17,040 nucleotides of DNA from Calditrichaceae bacterium (GCA_050178385.1 JBFXGD010000010.1:10181-27220), one strand, 5' to 3'; shown: positions 7,174 through 16,978, counted from the stretch's first letter. Notes: a model not told the origin generated them from the sequence alone. Numbers and translations are program-made.

Positions 7174-7878
7174 ATGATTAGTTTATTCGGTAAAACCGCG
7201 ATTGTAACCGGCGGCGGAAGCGGTATTGGCAAGGCAATTAGCAAAGCATTGATCCACGAAGGCGTCAATGTCATCTTGGCTTCCAGAAGATTCGATCTGC
7301 TCCGGTCCGCGGCAGATGATTTGAATAAAACCGGAAAAGCGAAAGCAATTGCAGTCAGGTGCGATCTTCGTGTAAAAGGTGATATTGTTAATTTGGTTAA
7401 AATGTGTATAGAAAATTTTGCTTCGATTGATATTCTGGTAAATAATTCAGGCCTTGGTGTTCAAAAAAAGATTGTGGATCTCTCAGATGATGAATGGGAT
7501 CTGGTCATGGACACCAATTTAAAAGGCGCCTTTATGCTGACCCGTGAAGTCCTTCCAACGATGATCCGTCAGCAATCCGGTTTTATCATGAATATTGCGT
7601 CGCAGGCTGCCAAGCACGGGTACCCGGATGCAGGCGTTTACTGCGCATCCAAATTCGGCCTGGCCGGATTCGCCGAGGCTCTCCAGCAGGAAGTGCGTGA
7701 ATACGGAATTCGCGTCCACAGCCTGAACCCGGGACTTGTTCAGGTACCGCCTCCCGGAGAAGAAGGCGCCCGGAAGCAAGGTTTTCTGCAGGTGGATGAT
7801 ATTGCCCGCATCGCCGTATTTTTGCTAAAACAGTCGCCGGAAATAAAATTTGAAGATATCGGACTTTTTCATTTATAG
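7174..7878 (+). CDS. Classical short-chain dehydrogenase/reductase (SDR), likely NADP(H)-preferring
   Basis: TGGGSGIG, basic ASRR after beta2, DILVNNSG, catalytic Ser (NIAS) and YCASK; SD AAGGAG. Confidence 0.93.
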   Translation: MISLFGKTAIVTGGGSGIGKAISKALIHEGVNVILASRRFDLLRSAADDLNKTGKAKAIAVRCDLRVKGDIVNLVKMCIENFASIDILVNNSGLGVQKKIVDLSDDEWDLVMDTNLKGAFMLTREVLPTMIRQQSGFIMNIASQAAKHGYPDAGVYCASKFGLAGFAEALQQEVREYGIRVHSLNPGLVQVPPPGEEGARKQGFLQVDDIARIAVFLLKQSPEIKFEDIGLFHL

Positions 7879-8093
7879 ATGTCTATTTATTTCGTATTAT
7901 GTTGATAACTGCAATTCATACCTTATATTCAGTATGAACTTTAATCCGATCCGTAAGTAATAACCCGGACCGGGAAAGGTATTCTTGTTCTTGTCATCAA
8001 TTAGAATCCTGAATAATTTGTTCTTAAATAAATCTCCGGGTTAATCTTACAAGTTATGACTATAAACAAACCAGATAAAAGGAGGTATTTTAG

Positions 8094-9083
8094 ATGAATC
8101 AGCAATCGCAGTTTGATTTAAATAATCTGCGGCCGCCTCAATTTTCAGGGAAAGCTATACGTAACATCGTCATCGGTTTACTTGTTGTTTTCTTTTTTTT
8201 CTCAACATGGTTCACGATTGAACCTGAGGAAATCGGGGTTGTCTTAAGGTTCGGGAAATATACAAGAGCCGTTGATCCCGGGTTGAATTTTAAGCTGCCG
8301 TTTGGCATTGAAACCGTTTTTAAAGTGCCGGTTGAAAGGCAGTTAAAACACGAGTTTGGATTCAGAACGTCAGATGCCGGCATCCGGTCTGAGTATTCTA
8401 CCAGAGATTACCGGGAAGAGTCATTGATGCTTACCGGCGATTTAAATGTGGCAGAAGTGGAATGGATTGTCCAATACCGGATTAATGATCCATACAAGTT
8501 TCTGTTCAAAGTAAGGAACGCCAATCAAACTTTTCGGGATATCAATGAAGCGGTCATGAGGGAAATTGTCGGTGACAGGACTGTAAACGAAGTACTGACC
8601 GTTGGACGCCAGGAAATCGCCACCAGTGTGGAAGTAAAAGTACAGGAATTATGCGATCAGTATGATACGGGCATAAAAGTTGAACAGGTTGTTCTTCAGG
8701 ATGTCAATCCGCCCGATGAGGTCAAACCGTCTTTCAATGAGGTTAATGAGGCTCAGCAGGAGCGGGAAAAACTGATTAATCAGGCGAGATCCGAGTACAA
8801 CAAGATCATACCCAAAGCCAGCGGTGAAGCGCAGAGAATGATCGAGGAAGCCCATGGGTATGCTCTCGAACGCGTTAATCAGTCAAAAGGTGACGCGTCT
8901 CGGTTTATAGCTGTTTACAGGGAATACGCGAAAGCAAGAGAAGTCACCCGCCAAAGAATGTATCTTGAAACGCTGTCCGAAGTATTATCCAAAGTGGGGA
9001 ATAAAATTATTACAGATGAAAAAGCATCCGGAATCCTTCCGCTGTTTCAGTTTAACCAGGAGGGCATGAAAAATGAAAAATAG
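8094..9083 (+). CDS. hflK: FtsH protease modulator HflK (SPFH family)
   Basis: N-terminal TM, GVVLRFGKY, SLMLTGDLN, QDVNPPDEV..F.EV..AQQE, IPKA.GEA, VTRQRMYLETL; SD AAGGAGG; paired with hflC. Confidence 0.95.
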   Translation: MNQQSQFDLNNLRPPQFSGKAIRNIVIGLLVVFFFFSTWFTIEPEEIGVVLRFGKYTRAVDPGLNFKLPFGIETVFKVPVERQLKHEFGFRTSDAGIRSEYSTRDYREESLMLTGDLNVAEVEWIVQYRINDPYKFLFKVRNANQTFRDINEAVMREIVGDRTVNEVLTVGRQEIATSVEVKVQELCDQYDTGIKVEQVVLQDVNPPDEVKPSFNEVNEAQQEREKLINQARSEYNKIIPKASGEAQRMIEEAHGYALERVNQSKGDASRFIAVYREYAKAREVTRQRMYLETLSEVLSKVGNKIITDEKASGILPLFQFNQEGMKNEK

Positions 9084-10032
9084 AAACTCAATAATAGCCG
9101 GGATCGTAGGATTTGCAGCGTTGATAATTCTTGTCTCCGCCGCGTTCGTCGTTGATGAGACTCAGCAGGTAGTAATCACGCAATTTGGCCGCCCCGTGGG
9201 TGAAGCAATTACCGAGCCCGGCATTTACTTTAAACTTCCTTTAATTCAGGAAACACATTTCTTTGATAAACGCTTTCTGGAGTGGGACGGTGACTCGAAT
9301 CAGGTTCCGACAAAAGATAAAAGATTTATTTGGGTTGATACCTATGGAAGATGGCGCATATCAGATCCTCTTTTATTTTTCCAGCGTCTGCGTGATGAAC
9401 GGGGAGCGCACAGCCGACTTGATGATATCCTGGACGGTGAAACCAGAAATGCCGTGGCAAATCATGATCTTGTCGAAATTGTGCGTAACACGAATCGCGA
9501 GCCAATGGTTGTACTTGATACCTTTGGCAAATCAGAAGAACTTGACGATGTTTTCCCGAATATAAAAGTTGGCCGGGAAAAAATAACCAGAGAAATTCTT
9601 GCGGCGGCTACTGAAAAAACAAAGGAACTTGGAATCGAACTGCTTGATCTGCGGCTTAAACGAATCGAATATGTTGAAGAAGTCCGGAGAAAAGTTTATG
9701 ACAGGATGATCACCGAGCGTAAACGAATCGCAGATAAGTATCGTTCTGAGGGACAAGGTGAAGCTTCCAAAATTATTGGTGACAAGGAACGTGAGCTGAA
9801 ACGAATTCAGTCTGAAGCCTATAAAACCGCCGAGGAAATTAAAGGTAAGGCGGATGCGGAGGCAACGGCTATATTTGCAAGGGCATATAATCAGAACGCC
9901 GATTCAAGAGATTTCTACCGCTTCACAAAAACGCTTGAAACTTACAAGGAAACATTCTCAGAAAAAGACTGGCTGCTCTTGTCAACAAAGAGCGATTTCT
10001 ACAAATATCTTGAGAAAGAGTCAGGACGATAA
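9073..10032 (+). CDS. hflC: FtsH protease modulator HflC (SPFH family)
   Basis: N-terminal TM, VITQFGRP, PGIYFKLP, TKDKRFIWVD, WRISDPLLF, VYDRMITERKRIA..YRSEG, KGKADAEAT.IFARAY; 11-bp overlap with hflK suggests translational coupling. Confidence 0.95.
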   Translation: MKNRNSIIAGIVGFAALIILVSAAFVVDETQQVVITQFGRPVGEAITEPGIYFKLPLIQETHFFDKRFLEWDGDSNQVPTKDKRFIWVDTYGRWRISDPLLFFQRLRDERGAHSRLDDILDGETRNAVANHDLVEIVRNTNREPMVVLDTFGKSEELDDVFPNIKVGREKITREILAAATEKTKELGIELLDLRLKRIEYVEEVRRKVYDRMITERKRIADKYRSEGQGEASKIIGDKERELKRIQSEAYKTAEEIKGKADAEATAIFARAYNQNADSRDFYRFTKTLETYKETFSEKDWLLLSTKSDFYKYLEKESGR

Positions 10033-10039
10033 TCATAAT

Positions 10040-10067
10040 CCGGGAGAGTAATCTCCCGGTTTTTTTT
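10040..10067 (+). terminator. Intrinsic terminator of hflKC
   Basis: 8-bp stem CCGGGAGA/TCTCCCGG, GTAA (GNRA) loop, T8 tract, 7 nt after the hflC stop. Confidence 0.92.
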
Positions 10068-10299
10068 AGTTTGTAAAGCGGGTAAGACGGTGTGTCGATT
10101 TCCGGCAGCGTCAGTCAAAAAATCCTTCCTTTTAATATAGTAATCCGCTTCTGTAAATCTTTTTTGCCTGATGTGGAATTTATCCGGTTTTTTACAGAGT
10201 TTAATCTAATAAAATCATATTCCGGTCAGGTTTTTTAATAGATTTATTGATTTGGATTTTGTATTTTTAATTCTTCATATAAACAGAGGAGTTCTAAAA

Positions 10300-12564
10300 A
10301 TGGTTTTTGATTTAGACATGATTAAAGAATGTTACGCCCGGATGCCCGAGCGGATAAAGACGGCAAGAAATATTGTGGGAAAGCCTTTGACTTTGTCAGA
10401 AAAGATTTTATACTCTCACCTTTTTGACGGTCTGGCAAAAGAAGTATATCTTCGTGGTAAATCCTATGTTGATTTTGCCCCGGATCGTGTGGCCATGCAG
10501 GATGCCACAGCGCAGATGGCTCTGCTACAGTTCATGCAGGCCGGTCGTGTAAAAACAGCCGTTCCAAGCACTGTTCATTGTGATCATCTTATTCAGGCGA
10601 AAGTCGGCGCGGAGAAAGATTTGGAAGTCGCGAAGGATGTAAACAAAGAAGTTTATGATTTCTTAAGCTCAGTCTCAAATAAATACGGAATCGGTTTCTG
10701 GAAACCGGGTGCCGGTATCATTCATCAGGTTGTTCTCGAAAATTATGCTTTTCCCGGCGCTATGATGATCGGAACCGATTCACATACGGTTAACGCGGGC
10801 GGTTTGGGAATGATCGCAATTGGAGTCGGCGGCGCGGACGCGGTTGACGTCATGGCCGGGATGCCCTGGGAATTAAAATTTCCAAAACTGATCGGTGTTA
10901 AGCTGACGGGTAAAATGAGTGGCTGGACTTCCGCAAAGGATGTTATTCTAAAGGTTGCCGGTATTTTGACGGTTAAAGGCGGAACGGGAGCCATTGTTGA
11001 ATATTTCGGACCGGGAGCGGAAAGCATCTCGTGTACCGGAAAAGGCACCATCTGCAATATGGGCGCGGAAATCGGAGCCACCACATCAACTTTCGGATAC
11101 GACAAGAAAATGGCCGAATACCTGCAGGGAACCGGAAGGGCGGAAGTGGCGAAAATGGCTGATGCCATCGCCGAGCATCTAACGGGCGACCGGGAAGTAT
11201 ACAATAATCCTGAAAAATATTTTGATCAGGTTATCGAAATTAATCTTTCGGAACTTGAACCGCATATCAATGGTCCGTTCACACCGGATCTGGCTACCCC
11301 CATATCAAAATTTGCCAAGGCGGTAAAGGAAAACGGCTGGCCGCAGAAGCTGGAAGTAGGTCTGATAGGTTCATGTACAAATTCATCTTATGAAGATATC
11401 ACAAGAGCGGCTTCGCTGGCTAAGCAGGCTGTAGATAAAAATCTGAAAGCAAAGGCCGAATTTACCATAACCCCGGGATCAGAGCAGGTACGATACACTG
11501 TTGAACGTGATGGATATCTGGATATTTTTGAAAGTATGGGTGGTGTGGTTCTGGCAAACGCCTGCGGACCATGCATCGGACAATGGGCAAGACACGGCGC
11601 TGAAAAGAAGGAAAAAAACTCCATAATAACATCCTTTAACCGAAACTTTGCCAAAAGAAACGACGGCAATCCAAACACGCACAGTTTTGTGGCTTCTCCG
11701 GAAATTGTAACGGCAATGGCGATCGCCGGTGATCTTTTCTTTAATCCGATGACCGATACACTGGTAAATGAAAAAGGTGAAAAAGTAAAATTGGATGAAC
11801 CAAAGGGCATCGAAATGCCTGCAAAGGGATTTGATGTTGAAGACGCGGGATATCAGGGGCCGGCAAAAGACGGAAGCAAGGTCACTGTCGCGGTTGATCC
11901 TAAATCGGATCGTCTGCAGCTGCTTACACCCTTTAAACCATGGGATGGGAAGAATTTGACCGGGATGAAACTGCTTATCAAGGCATTTGGAAAATGTACA
12001 ACAGATCATATTTCAATGGCCGGACCATGGTTAAAATATCGCGGACATCTGGACAATATATCCAATAACATGCTGACAGGCGCGGTGAACGCCTTTAATC
12101 AGAAGACAGATTCAATAAAGAATCAGCTTACCGGCGCTTATGAAACGGTACCGGCGGCAGCGCGCGCTTACAAAGCGGCGGGTATCCCGACCATTGTGGT
12201 AGGTGACGAAAACTATGGCGAAGGATCATCACGTGAACATGCCGCGATGGAACCGAGACATCTGGGCGTTCGTGTTGTTCTGGTAAAATCTTTTGCGCGT
12301 ATTCATGAAACCAATCTCAAAAAACAGGGTATGCTGGGACTGACCTTTGCCACTCCGGCTGACTATGATAAAATTAAAGAAGATGACACGATCGATATCA
12401 TCGATCTGACCGATTTTGCCCCGGGCAAACCTTTGACCCTTGAACTGCATCATGCGGACGGCTCATCGGAAAAAATCAAAACGAATCATTCCTATAATGA
12501 TTCCCAGATTGCCTGGTTTAAGGCCGGCTCCGCGCTGAACATGATCGCCGCCCGGAACAAGTAA
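10300..12564 (+). CDS. Aconitate hydratase, mitochondrial-type clade
   Basis: [28 protein letters not shown], Fe-S ligands [11 protein letters not shown] and [51 protein letters not shown]. Start at the ATG at 10300 (SD GAGGAG, 754 aa) rather than TTG 10252. Confidence 0.96.
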   Translation: MVFDLDMIKECYARMPERIKTARNIVGKPLTLSEKILYSHLFDGLAKEVYLRGKSYVDFAPDRVAMQDATAQMALLQFMQAGRVKTAVPSTVHCDHLIQAKVGAEKDLEVAKDVNKEVYDFLSSVSNKYGIGFWKPGAGIIHQVVLENYAFPGAMMIGTDSHTVNAGGLGMIAIGVGGADAVDVMAGMPWELKFPKLIGVKLTGKMSGWTSAKDVILKVAGILTVKGGTGAIVEYFGPGAESISCTGKGTICNMGAEIGATTSTFGYDKKMAEYLQGTGRAEVAKMADAIAEHLTGDREVYNNPEKYFDQVIEINLSELEPHINGPFTPDLATPISKFAKAVKENGWPQKLEVGLIGSCTNSSYEDITRAASLAKQAVDKNLKAKAEFTITPGSEQVRYTVERDGYLDIFESMGGVVLANACGPCIGQWARHGAEKKEKNSIITSFNRNFAKRNDGNPNTHSFVASPEIVTAMAIAGDLFFNPMTDTLVNEKGEKVKLDEPKGIEMPAKGFDVEDAGYQGPAKDGSKVTVAVDPKSDRLQLLTPFKPWDGKNLTGMKLLIKAFGKCTTDHISMAGPWLKYRGHLDNISNNMLTGAVNAFNQKTDSIKNQLTGAYETVPAAARAYKAAGIPTIVVGDENYGEGSSREHAAMEPRHLGVRVVLVKSFARIHETNLKKQGMLGLTFATPADYDKIKEDDTIDIIDLTDFAPGKPLTLELHHADGSSEKIKTNHSYNDSQIAWFKAGSALNMIAARNK

Positions 12565-12585
12565 TTTTCTTCTAAGGTGATGATT

Positions 12586-12620
12586 AAACGGGAATAGTTA
12601 TGCTGTTCCCGTTTTTTTTT
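12586..12620 (+). terminator. Intrinsic terminator of the aconitase gene
   Basis: AAACGGGAATAG / CTGTTCCCGTTT stem (one G-U), 5-nt loop, running into a T9 tract. Confidence 0.88.
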
Positions 12621-12787
12621 GAATTTCAGCGAATGTTTTGAATAATGAATAAGGAACGAATTCCCAAATCAATCCGGATAAAATAAAATCTCAATCAAGG
12701 GAGTAAATATTAATCTAACCGGTTTTTAATGTTGATCTAACCATTAATTCTGTATGTTTGAGCAATCAAATTCTAAAGAGGATTATT

Positions 12788-13237
12788 ATGCATTCCAAAA
12801 TCATAAAGATAAAAAAAAGAAAACGAATCGCGCTGATCGCGCATGACAACCGTAAAAAAGATTTGCTTGAATGGGCAAAATTTAATCGGGACCTGCTCTT
12901 TGAACATGAACTCTTTGGGACAGGAACCACAGGTAAAATGATTGCTGACAAACTCAATCTAAACGTTCACAGATTTAAAAGCGGCCCGTTGGGCGGGGAT
13001 CAGCAGATTGGGGCAAAAATTGCCGAAAGTGGGATTGACTGTATGATATTTTTCTGGGATCCGCTCGAGCCTCAGCCGCATGATGTGGATGTGAAAGCGT
13101 TGTTGCGGATCGCTGTTGTATATAATATTCCACTTGCGAACAACCGCTCAAGCGCCGATTTTATGATCTCATCGCCGCTGATGGCTTCCGAATATGAAAT
13201 AATGCTTGTTGACTATCAGGAACGGATCAATACTTAA
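12788..13237 (+). CDS. mgsA: Methylglyoxal synthase
   Basis: IALIAHD..K, GTGTTG, SGPLGGDQQIG, IFFWDPL..QPHDVDVKALLR, NRSSADF. Start at the ATG at 12788 (SD GAGGA, 149 aa) rather than TTG 12758. Confidence 0.97.
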   Translation: MHSKIIKIKKRKRIALIAHDNRKKDLLEWAKFNRDLLFEHELFGTGTTGKMIADKLNLNVHRFKSGPLGGDQQIGAKIAESGIDCMIFFWDPLEPQPHDVDVKALLRIAVVYNIPLANNRSSADFMISSPLMASEYEIMLVDYQERINT

Positions 13238-13242
13238 ATATT

Positions 13243-15390
13243 TCAATCCTTGCCGAGATCTTTCGCGTCCAGGAGGCCTCTCACCCGCCGCGCGAGATCT
13301 GTCGGACTGAAGGGTTTCTGGAAAAACTGAAGTTCCGCGTCCAAAACTCCGTGCTGAACGATCGCGTCATCGGTAAATCCGGACATAAAGAGAATTTTAA
13401 TGCTGTCAAACATCGGCTCAATTTTTATTGCCAGTTCTCTTCCGCTCATTCCGGGCATAACCACATCCGTCAGAAGAAGATCAAAGTCTGCTTTTAGGGT
13501 GTTGACAAGGTTGAGCGCATCCTCACCGTTTGACGCCGAATACACTGTATAACCGTATTTTTCAAGAGTTAAAAAGGCCATATCCCTTACCATCTTATCA
13601 TCTTCAACAAGCAGAATAGTTTCTGTGCCCCGGAAAGATTTCGGATCAAAACGATTCCTCTTTACCTTGTACGGCGCCTGATCCACCTGCGGGAGATAAA
13701 TTTTTATGGTCGTTCCATGCCCGAGTTCACTGTAAACCCAGACATATCCGCCGCTCTGTTTAATGATACCATAGACAGTGGACATTCCAAGACCTGTTCC
13801 CTTGCCTTTTTCTTTTGTCGAAAAGAAGGGTTCAAATATCTGAGATTTAGTGTCTTCATCCATACCGGTGCCGGTATCGCTCATGGCAAACATCACATAA
13901 TGTCCGGTTAGGACGGGCTGGTGTTTTTGCGCGTAAATTTCATCCAGATACACATTGCTGGTCTCGATGGTCAGTCTGCCGCCGGTAGGCATGGCGTCGC
14001 GGGCGTTCACGGCAAGGTTCATCATTACCTGTTCCATCTGCCCGGGATCGGCTTTTACCTGTTTGATTTCATCGCTCAGTTTTGATTCGAAAATAATATC
14101 TTCGCCGATAAGCCGGCGCATCATTTTTTCCATATCGTGAACGATGTCATTCAGATTAACAATTTTTGGCTGCAGAATCTGTTTACGGCTGAACGCCAGA
14201 AGCTGCCGTGTGAGCGACCCCGCTCTTTCGGCGGCTTTTACGATTTCCTCAACATATTTGGACGCCGGTTCAGCGCCCTGTACAATTTTCAGTACAAAAT
14301 TACTATATCCCATGATGACCGAAAGCAGATTGTTAAAATCGTGAGCAACGCCACCGGCAAGCCTTCCAACGGCTTCGAGTTTCTGAGAAAGATAAAGCTG
14401 TTTTTCTATTCTTTTGCTTTCTGTGACATCGAGAACATATCCTTTAATTTCCGTTAGATTTCCCTGTTTATCGAAGTGTCCCACAATGTTTTCGATCACC
14501 TGAATGGGTTTTCCATCCTTTGACCGCAGATCCAGCTCATAATTTTCAAGCTTTTTCTTAACCTTAAGTTCTTCCAGTAATTTTTTTCTGACCTCATCAT
14601 TAGGGTAGAGCAAGTTCACATTAAATTTTAAGGCCTCTTTTTCGGATTTGAATCCAAAAATTCTCAGATAGGCGGGATTACAAGCTAGAAGCGTTCCGTC
14701 AATGGCAGAAATAAAATCACCTGTTAAATCGTCTTCAAAAAACTTACGGTATTTTTCTTCTGATTTTTTCAGGGCGGCTTCGGCGTTAATACGCTCGATC
14801 TGTTCCCGTAAATTCTGAATGCCATAGGCCGCGTCATGTGATAAAATTTCGAGCAACACCACTTCATCTTTACTAAATGCATCTGTTTCAGCCGAGTAAA
14901 GGTTTAGCGTTCCGATGACACTTCGTTTGACTTTGATTGGAATGGACACGGAGGATGTATATCCATGTTTGACAGCATCGTTACGCCAGGGAGCAAAACT
15001 CGGATCTGACTCAATGTTTTTGGCGATTTGGGTTTTGCCTTCGCGAATGGCCAAACCGGTCGGCCCGTTACCCCATTTAGTGTTATCCCAACGAATATTC
15101 TGATTTTCCAGATACCCAGCATCATAACCGGCCTGAGCTACCGGAAGGACCTTATTGATCTTACCTGATACGGGAACTCCAACCCATGCCATACGGTATC
15201 CGCCGACCGAAACCAGGACCTTACAAATCTTATTCAGCAGTTCCTTTTCATCCTTAGCCCGAATGATGATCTGGTTACATTCACGAAGAATTTTCTGCGC
15301 GTGACTGACGCGCTGAAGTTCACTTTCTAACGTAGCAATTTTTTTTTGTAATTTGTTTGCGTCATCATTCGCTGATTCATTTTTTCGCAT
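13243..15390 (-). CDS. Soluble hybrid sensor histidine kinase (GAF-PAS-HisKA-HATPase-REC, CckA-like core)
   Basis: GAF (GYRMAWVG, GPTGLAIREG, IGTLNLYS), PAS (CNPAYLRIFG), H-box GGVAHDFNNLL, N-box NLAVNARDAM, DTGTGM, FEPFFSTK, GTGLG, receiver ILLVEDD / LLLTDVVMPGMSG / QKPF; no TM helix evident. Confidence 0.95.
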   Translation of the reverse strand: MRKNESANDDANKLQKKIATLESELQRVSHAQKILRECNQIIIRAKDEKELLNKICKVLVSVGGYRMAWVGVPVSGKINKVLPVAQAGYDAGYLENQNIRWDNTKWGNGPTGLAIREGKTQIAKNIESDPSFAPWRNDAVKHGYTSSVSIPIKVKRSVIGTLNLYSAETDAFSKDEVVLLEILSHDAAYGIQNLREQIERINAEAALKKSEEKYRKFFEDDLTGDFISAIDGTLLACNPAYLRIFGFKSEKEALKFNVNLLYPNDEVRKKLLEELKVKKKLENYELDLRSKDGKPIQVIENIVGHFDKQGNLTEIKGYVLDVTESKRIEKQLYLSQKLEAVGRLAGGVAHDFNNLLSVIMGYSNFVLKIVQGAEPASKYVEEIVKAAERAGSLTRQLLAFSRKQILQPKIVNLNDIVHDMEKMMRRLIGEDIIFESKLSDEIKQVKADPGQMEQVMMNLAVNARDAMPTGGRLTIETSNVYLDEIYAQKHQPVLTGHYVMFAMSDTGTGMDEDTKSQIFEPFFSTKEKGKGTGLGMSTVYGIIKQSGGYVWVYSELGHGTTIKIYLPQVDQAPYKVKRNRFDPKSFRGTETILLVEDDKMVRDMAFLTLEKYGYTVYSASNGEDALNLVNTLKADFDLLLTDVVMPGMSGRELAIKIEPMFDSIKILFMSGFTDDAIVQHGVLDAELQFFQKPFSPTDLARRVRGLLDAKDLGKD

Positions 15391-15544
15391 TAAGAAACCC
15401 CGGTTTTAACACATTTAAAAGTATTATTCGGACAAATACGTTTTTTGTCTTAGAAGAAACAAAAACTAAAATCATATGCAAATGCCCGAATTTCTTTATA
15501 TTCCTGTTAAAGGACGATTAAAACAAGACTTGATACTCGGCAGG

Positions 15545-15701
15545 TAAAGTGCAATTCTTTATTTTTTATCACTTTAAATTGTACTTTTTTGTCAATTAAA
15601 TTAATTCAATTAATTGAGCGCAAAGTTTGGTTGATTTCATCGGGAATTCATTTAAATTTACAGCATTTAATTTTAATTCATATTATCGTTAATTGATTAA
15701 C
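15545..15701. promoter_or_regulatory. Palindromes in the divergent kinase/MFS promoter region (candidate operators)
   Basis: AAAGTGCAATT (15546-15556) / AATTGTACTTT (15577-15587) inverted repeat; perfect TCAATTAATTGA (15606-15617); GTTAAT-TG-ATTAAC (15688-15701). The AT-rich background raises the chance rate. Confidence 0.35.
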
Positions 15702-15703
15702 AG

Positions 15704-16975
15704 ATGATATTATTCCGGTTTTATCCTAAATTTAAAAGTGATCCAAATAAAAGTGAGAATAAATCATTGATAAAAAAAGCCTTTTCAGGATATAGATCAG
15801 CATTCTCCGGCCTCCCAACCGATGTCTGGCTGCTTTCATTTGTTGTGTTTATAAACAGAAGCGGATCAATGGTTTTGTTTTTTCTGGCAATTTATCTCAC
15901 TCAAAAACTCAATTTTTCGGTCTCCGAGGCCGGGAGAATGATCAGTGTTTATGGAATCGGCTCCATGTCCGGCGCTTTTCTCGGGGGATGGCTGAGCGAC
16001 AGGTTCGGGACAGGCCGGGTTCAGTTATACAGTCTCATTTTTTCGGGAATCGGGTTCATCGTTTTGGGATACGTAACAACTCCAATCGCGCTTGCCGTTA
16101 CCTTGTTCCTGCTTGCGACCGTAGCAGATGCTTTCAGGCCGGCGAATGCTACCGCTTTGGCGGGAGCCTGCCCGCCTGAGTTCCGCGCCAGGGGATTCGC
16201 GCTCAACCGGCTGGCCATCAATTTTGGCATTGCCATCGGACCCGCGGTCGGTGGTGTTTTAGCGACCATGAACTACCACTATCTGTTTTGGGCAGATGGT
16301 CTGACATGTCTTTTTGCCTCTTTGTTTTTCTGGCTGTTTTTTCATAAAGTAAAGTTTAGAAAAGCGCCACCTGAAGAAACCGCTTCAGGTGATATATCAC
16401 CCTGGCGTGATTCGGTGTTTTTGTCGATGTTGGGATTGCTCCTTGTAATGGGGATGCTTTTTGTGCAGATATTTAACACATGGCCCCTGTATCTGAGACA
16501 GGAAACAGGTTTCCCGGAGAATAACATCGGGTTTCTGCTGGCCATGAACGCCCTGCTGATTGTGCTGATAGAGATGCCGCTTGTGCATCGCCTTGAACGA
16601 GCCGACCCGGTAAAAATTATGGGTATCGGTTCTTTATTTTTATTCGGTGGGTTCGGGATTATTCCATTCAACGATACGTATGGATATATGATATTTACCG
16701 TGATCATCTGGAGTATTGGAGAAATGCTTGTTTTTCCGTTGGCCGGAGGATTTATCGCTAACCGTGCCACCGACCGCAACCGCGGCCGTTATATGGGGAT
16801 GTTTACGTTCAGTTTTTCCATCAGCTTTGTGGTCGGGCCCGCCACGGGAACCTGGATATATGAAACGTTTGGGCCGGTTAACCTGTGGTACAGTGCCGGA
16901 ATCGCCGGTATTTTTGTTTGGCTCGGGTTTGGTTTTATAAAACAGTTACTGAAGAGGGAAAAGAGAGTAAACTGA
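15704..16975 (+). CDS. MFS transporter (DHA1-like, putative efflux)
   Basis: About 12 TM segments; motif A GGWLSDRFG, RARGFAL, GIAIGPAVGG, RGRYMG, GPATG. True start may be TTG at 15767 (LIKKAF). Confidence 0.92.
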   Translation: MILFRFYPKFKSDPNKSENKSLIKKAFSGYRSAFSGLPTDVWLLSFVVFINRSGSMVLFFLAIYLTQKLNFSVSEAGRMISVYGIGSMSGAFLGGWLSDRFGTGRVQLYSLIFSGIGFIVLGYVTTPIALAVTLFLLATVADAFRPANATALAGACPPEFRARGFALNRLAINFGIAIGPAVGGVLATMNYHYLFWADGLTCLFASLFFWLFFHKVKFRKAPPEETASGDISPWRDSVFLSMLGLLLVMGMLFVQIFNTWPLYLRQETGFPENNIGFLLAMNALLIVLIEMPLVHRLERADPVKIMGIGSLFLFGGFGIIPFNDTYGYMIFTVIIWSIGEMLVFPLAGGFIANRATDRNRGRYMGMFTFSFSISFVVGPATGTWIYETFGPVNLWYSAGIAGIFVWLGFGFIKQLLKREKRVN

Positions 16976-16978
16976 ATT

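Noticed and set aside
10743..12453. Long antisense ORFs inside the aconitase gene (153, 140, 176 and 74 aa)
   Set aside because: Expected by-products of codon bias in a conserved gene; no recognisable domains.
1944..13237. A pathway link between the glycosyltransferase (related to mannosylglycerate synthase, Mgs) and mgsA
   Set aside because: Name coincidence: mgsA is methylglyoxal synthase. The genes are about 9.6 kb apart in separate transcription units.
6504..13237. bcp-SDR-hflKC-aconitase-mgsA as one novel stress operon
   Set aside because: Co-oriented but split by intrinsic terminators at 10040 and 12586 and by 145-267 bp gaps; all are known housekeeping families.
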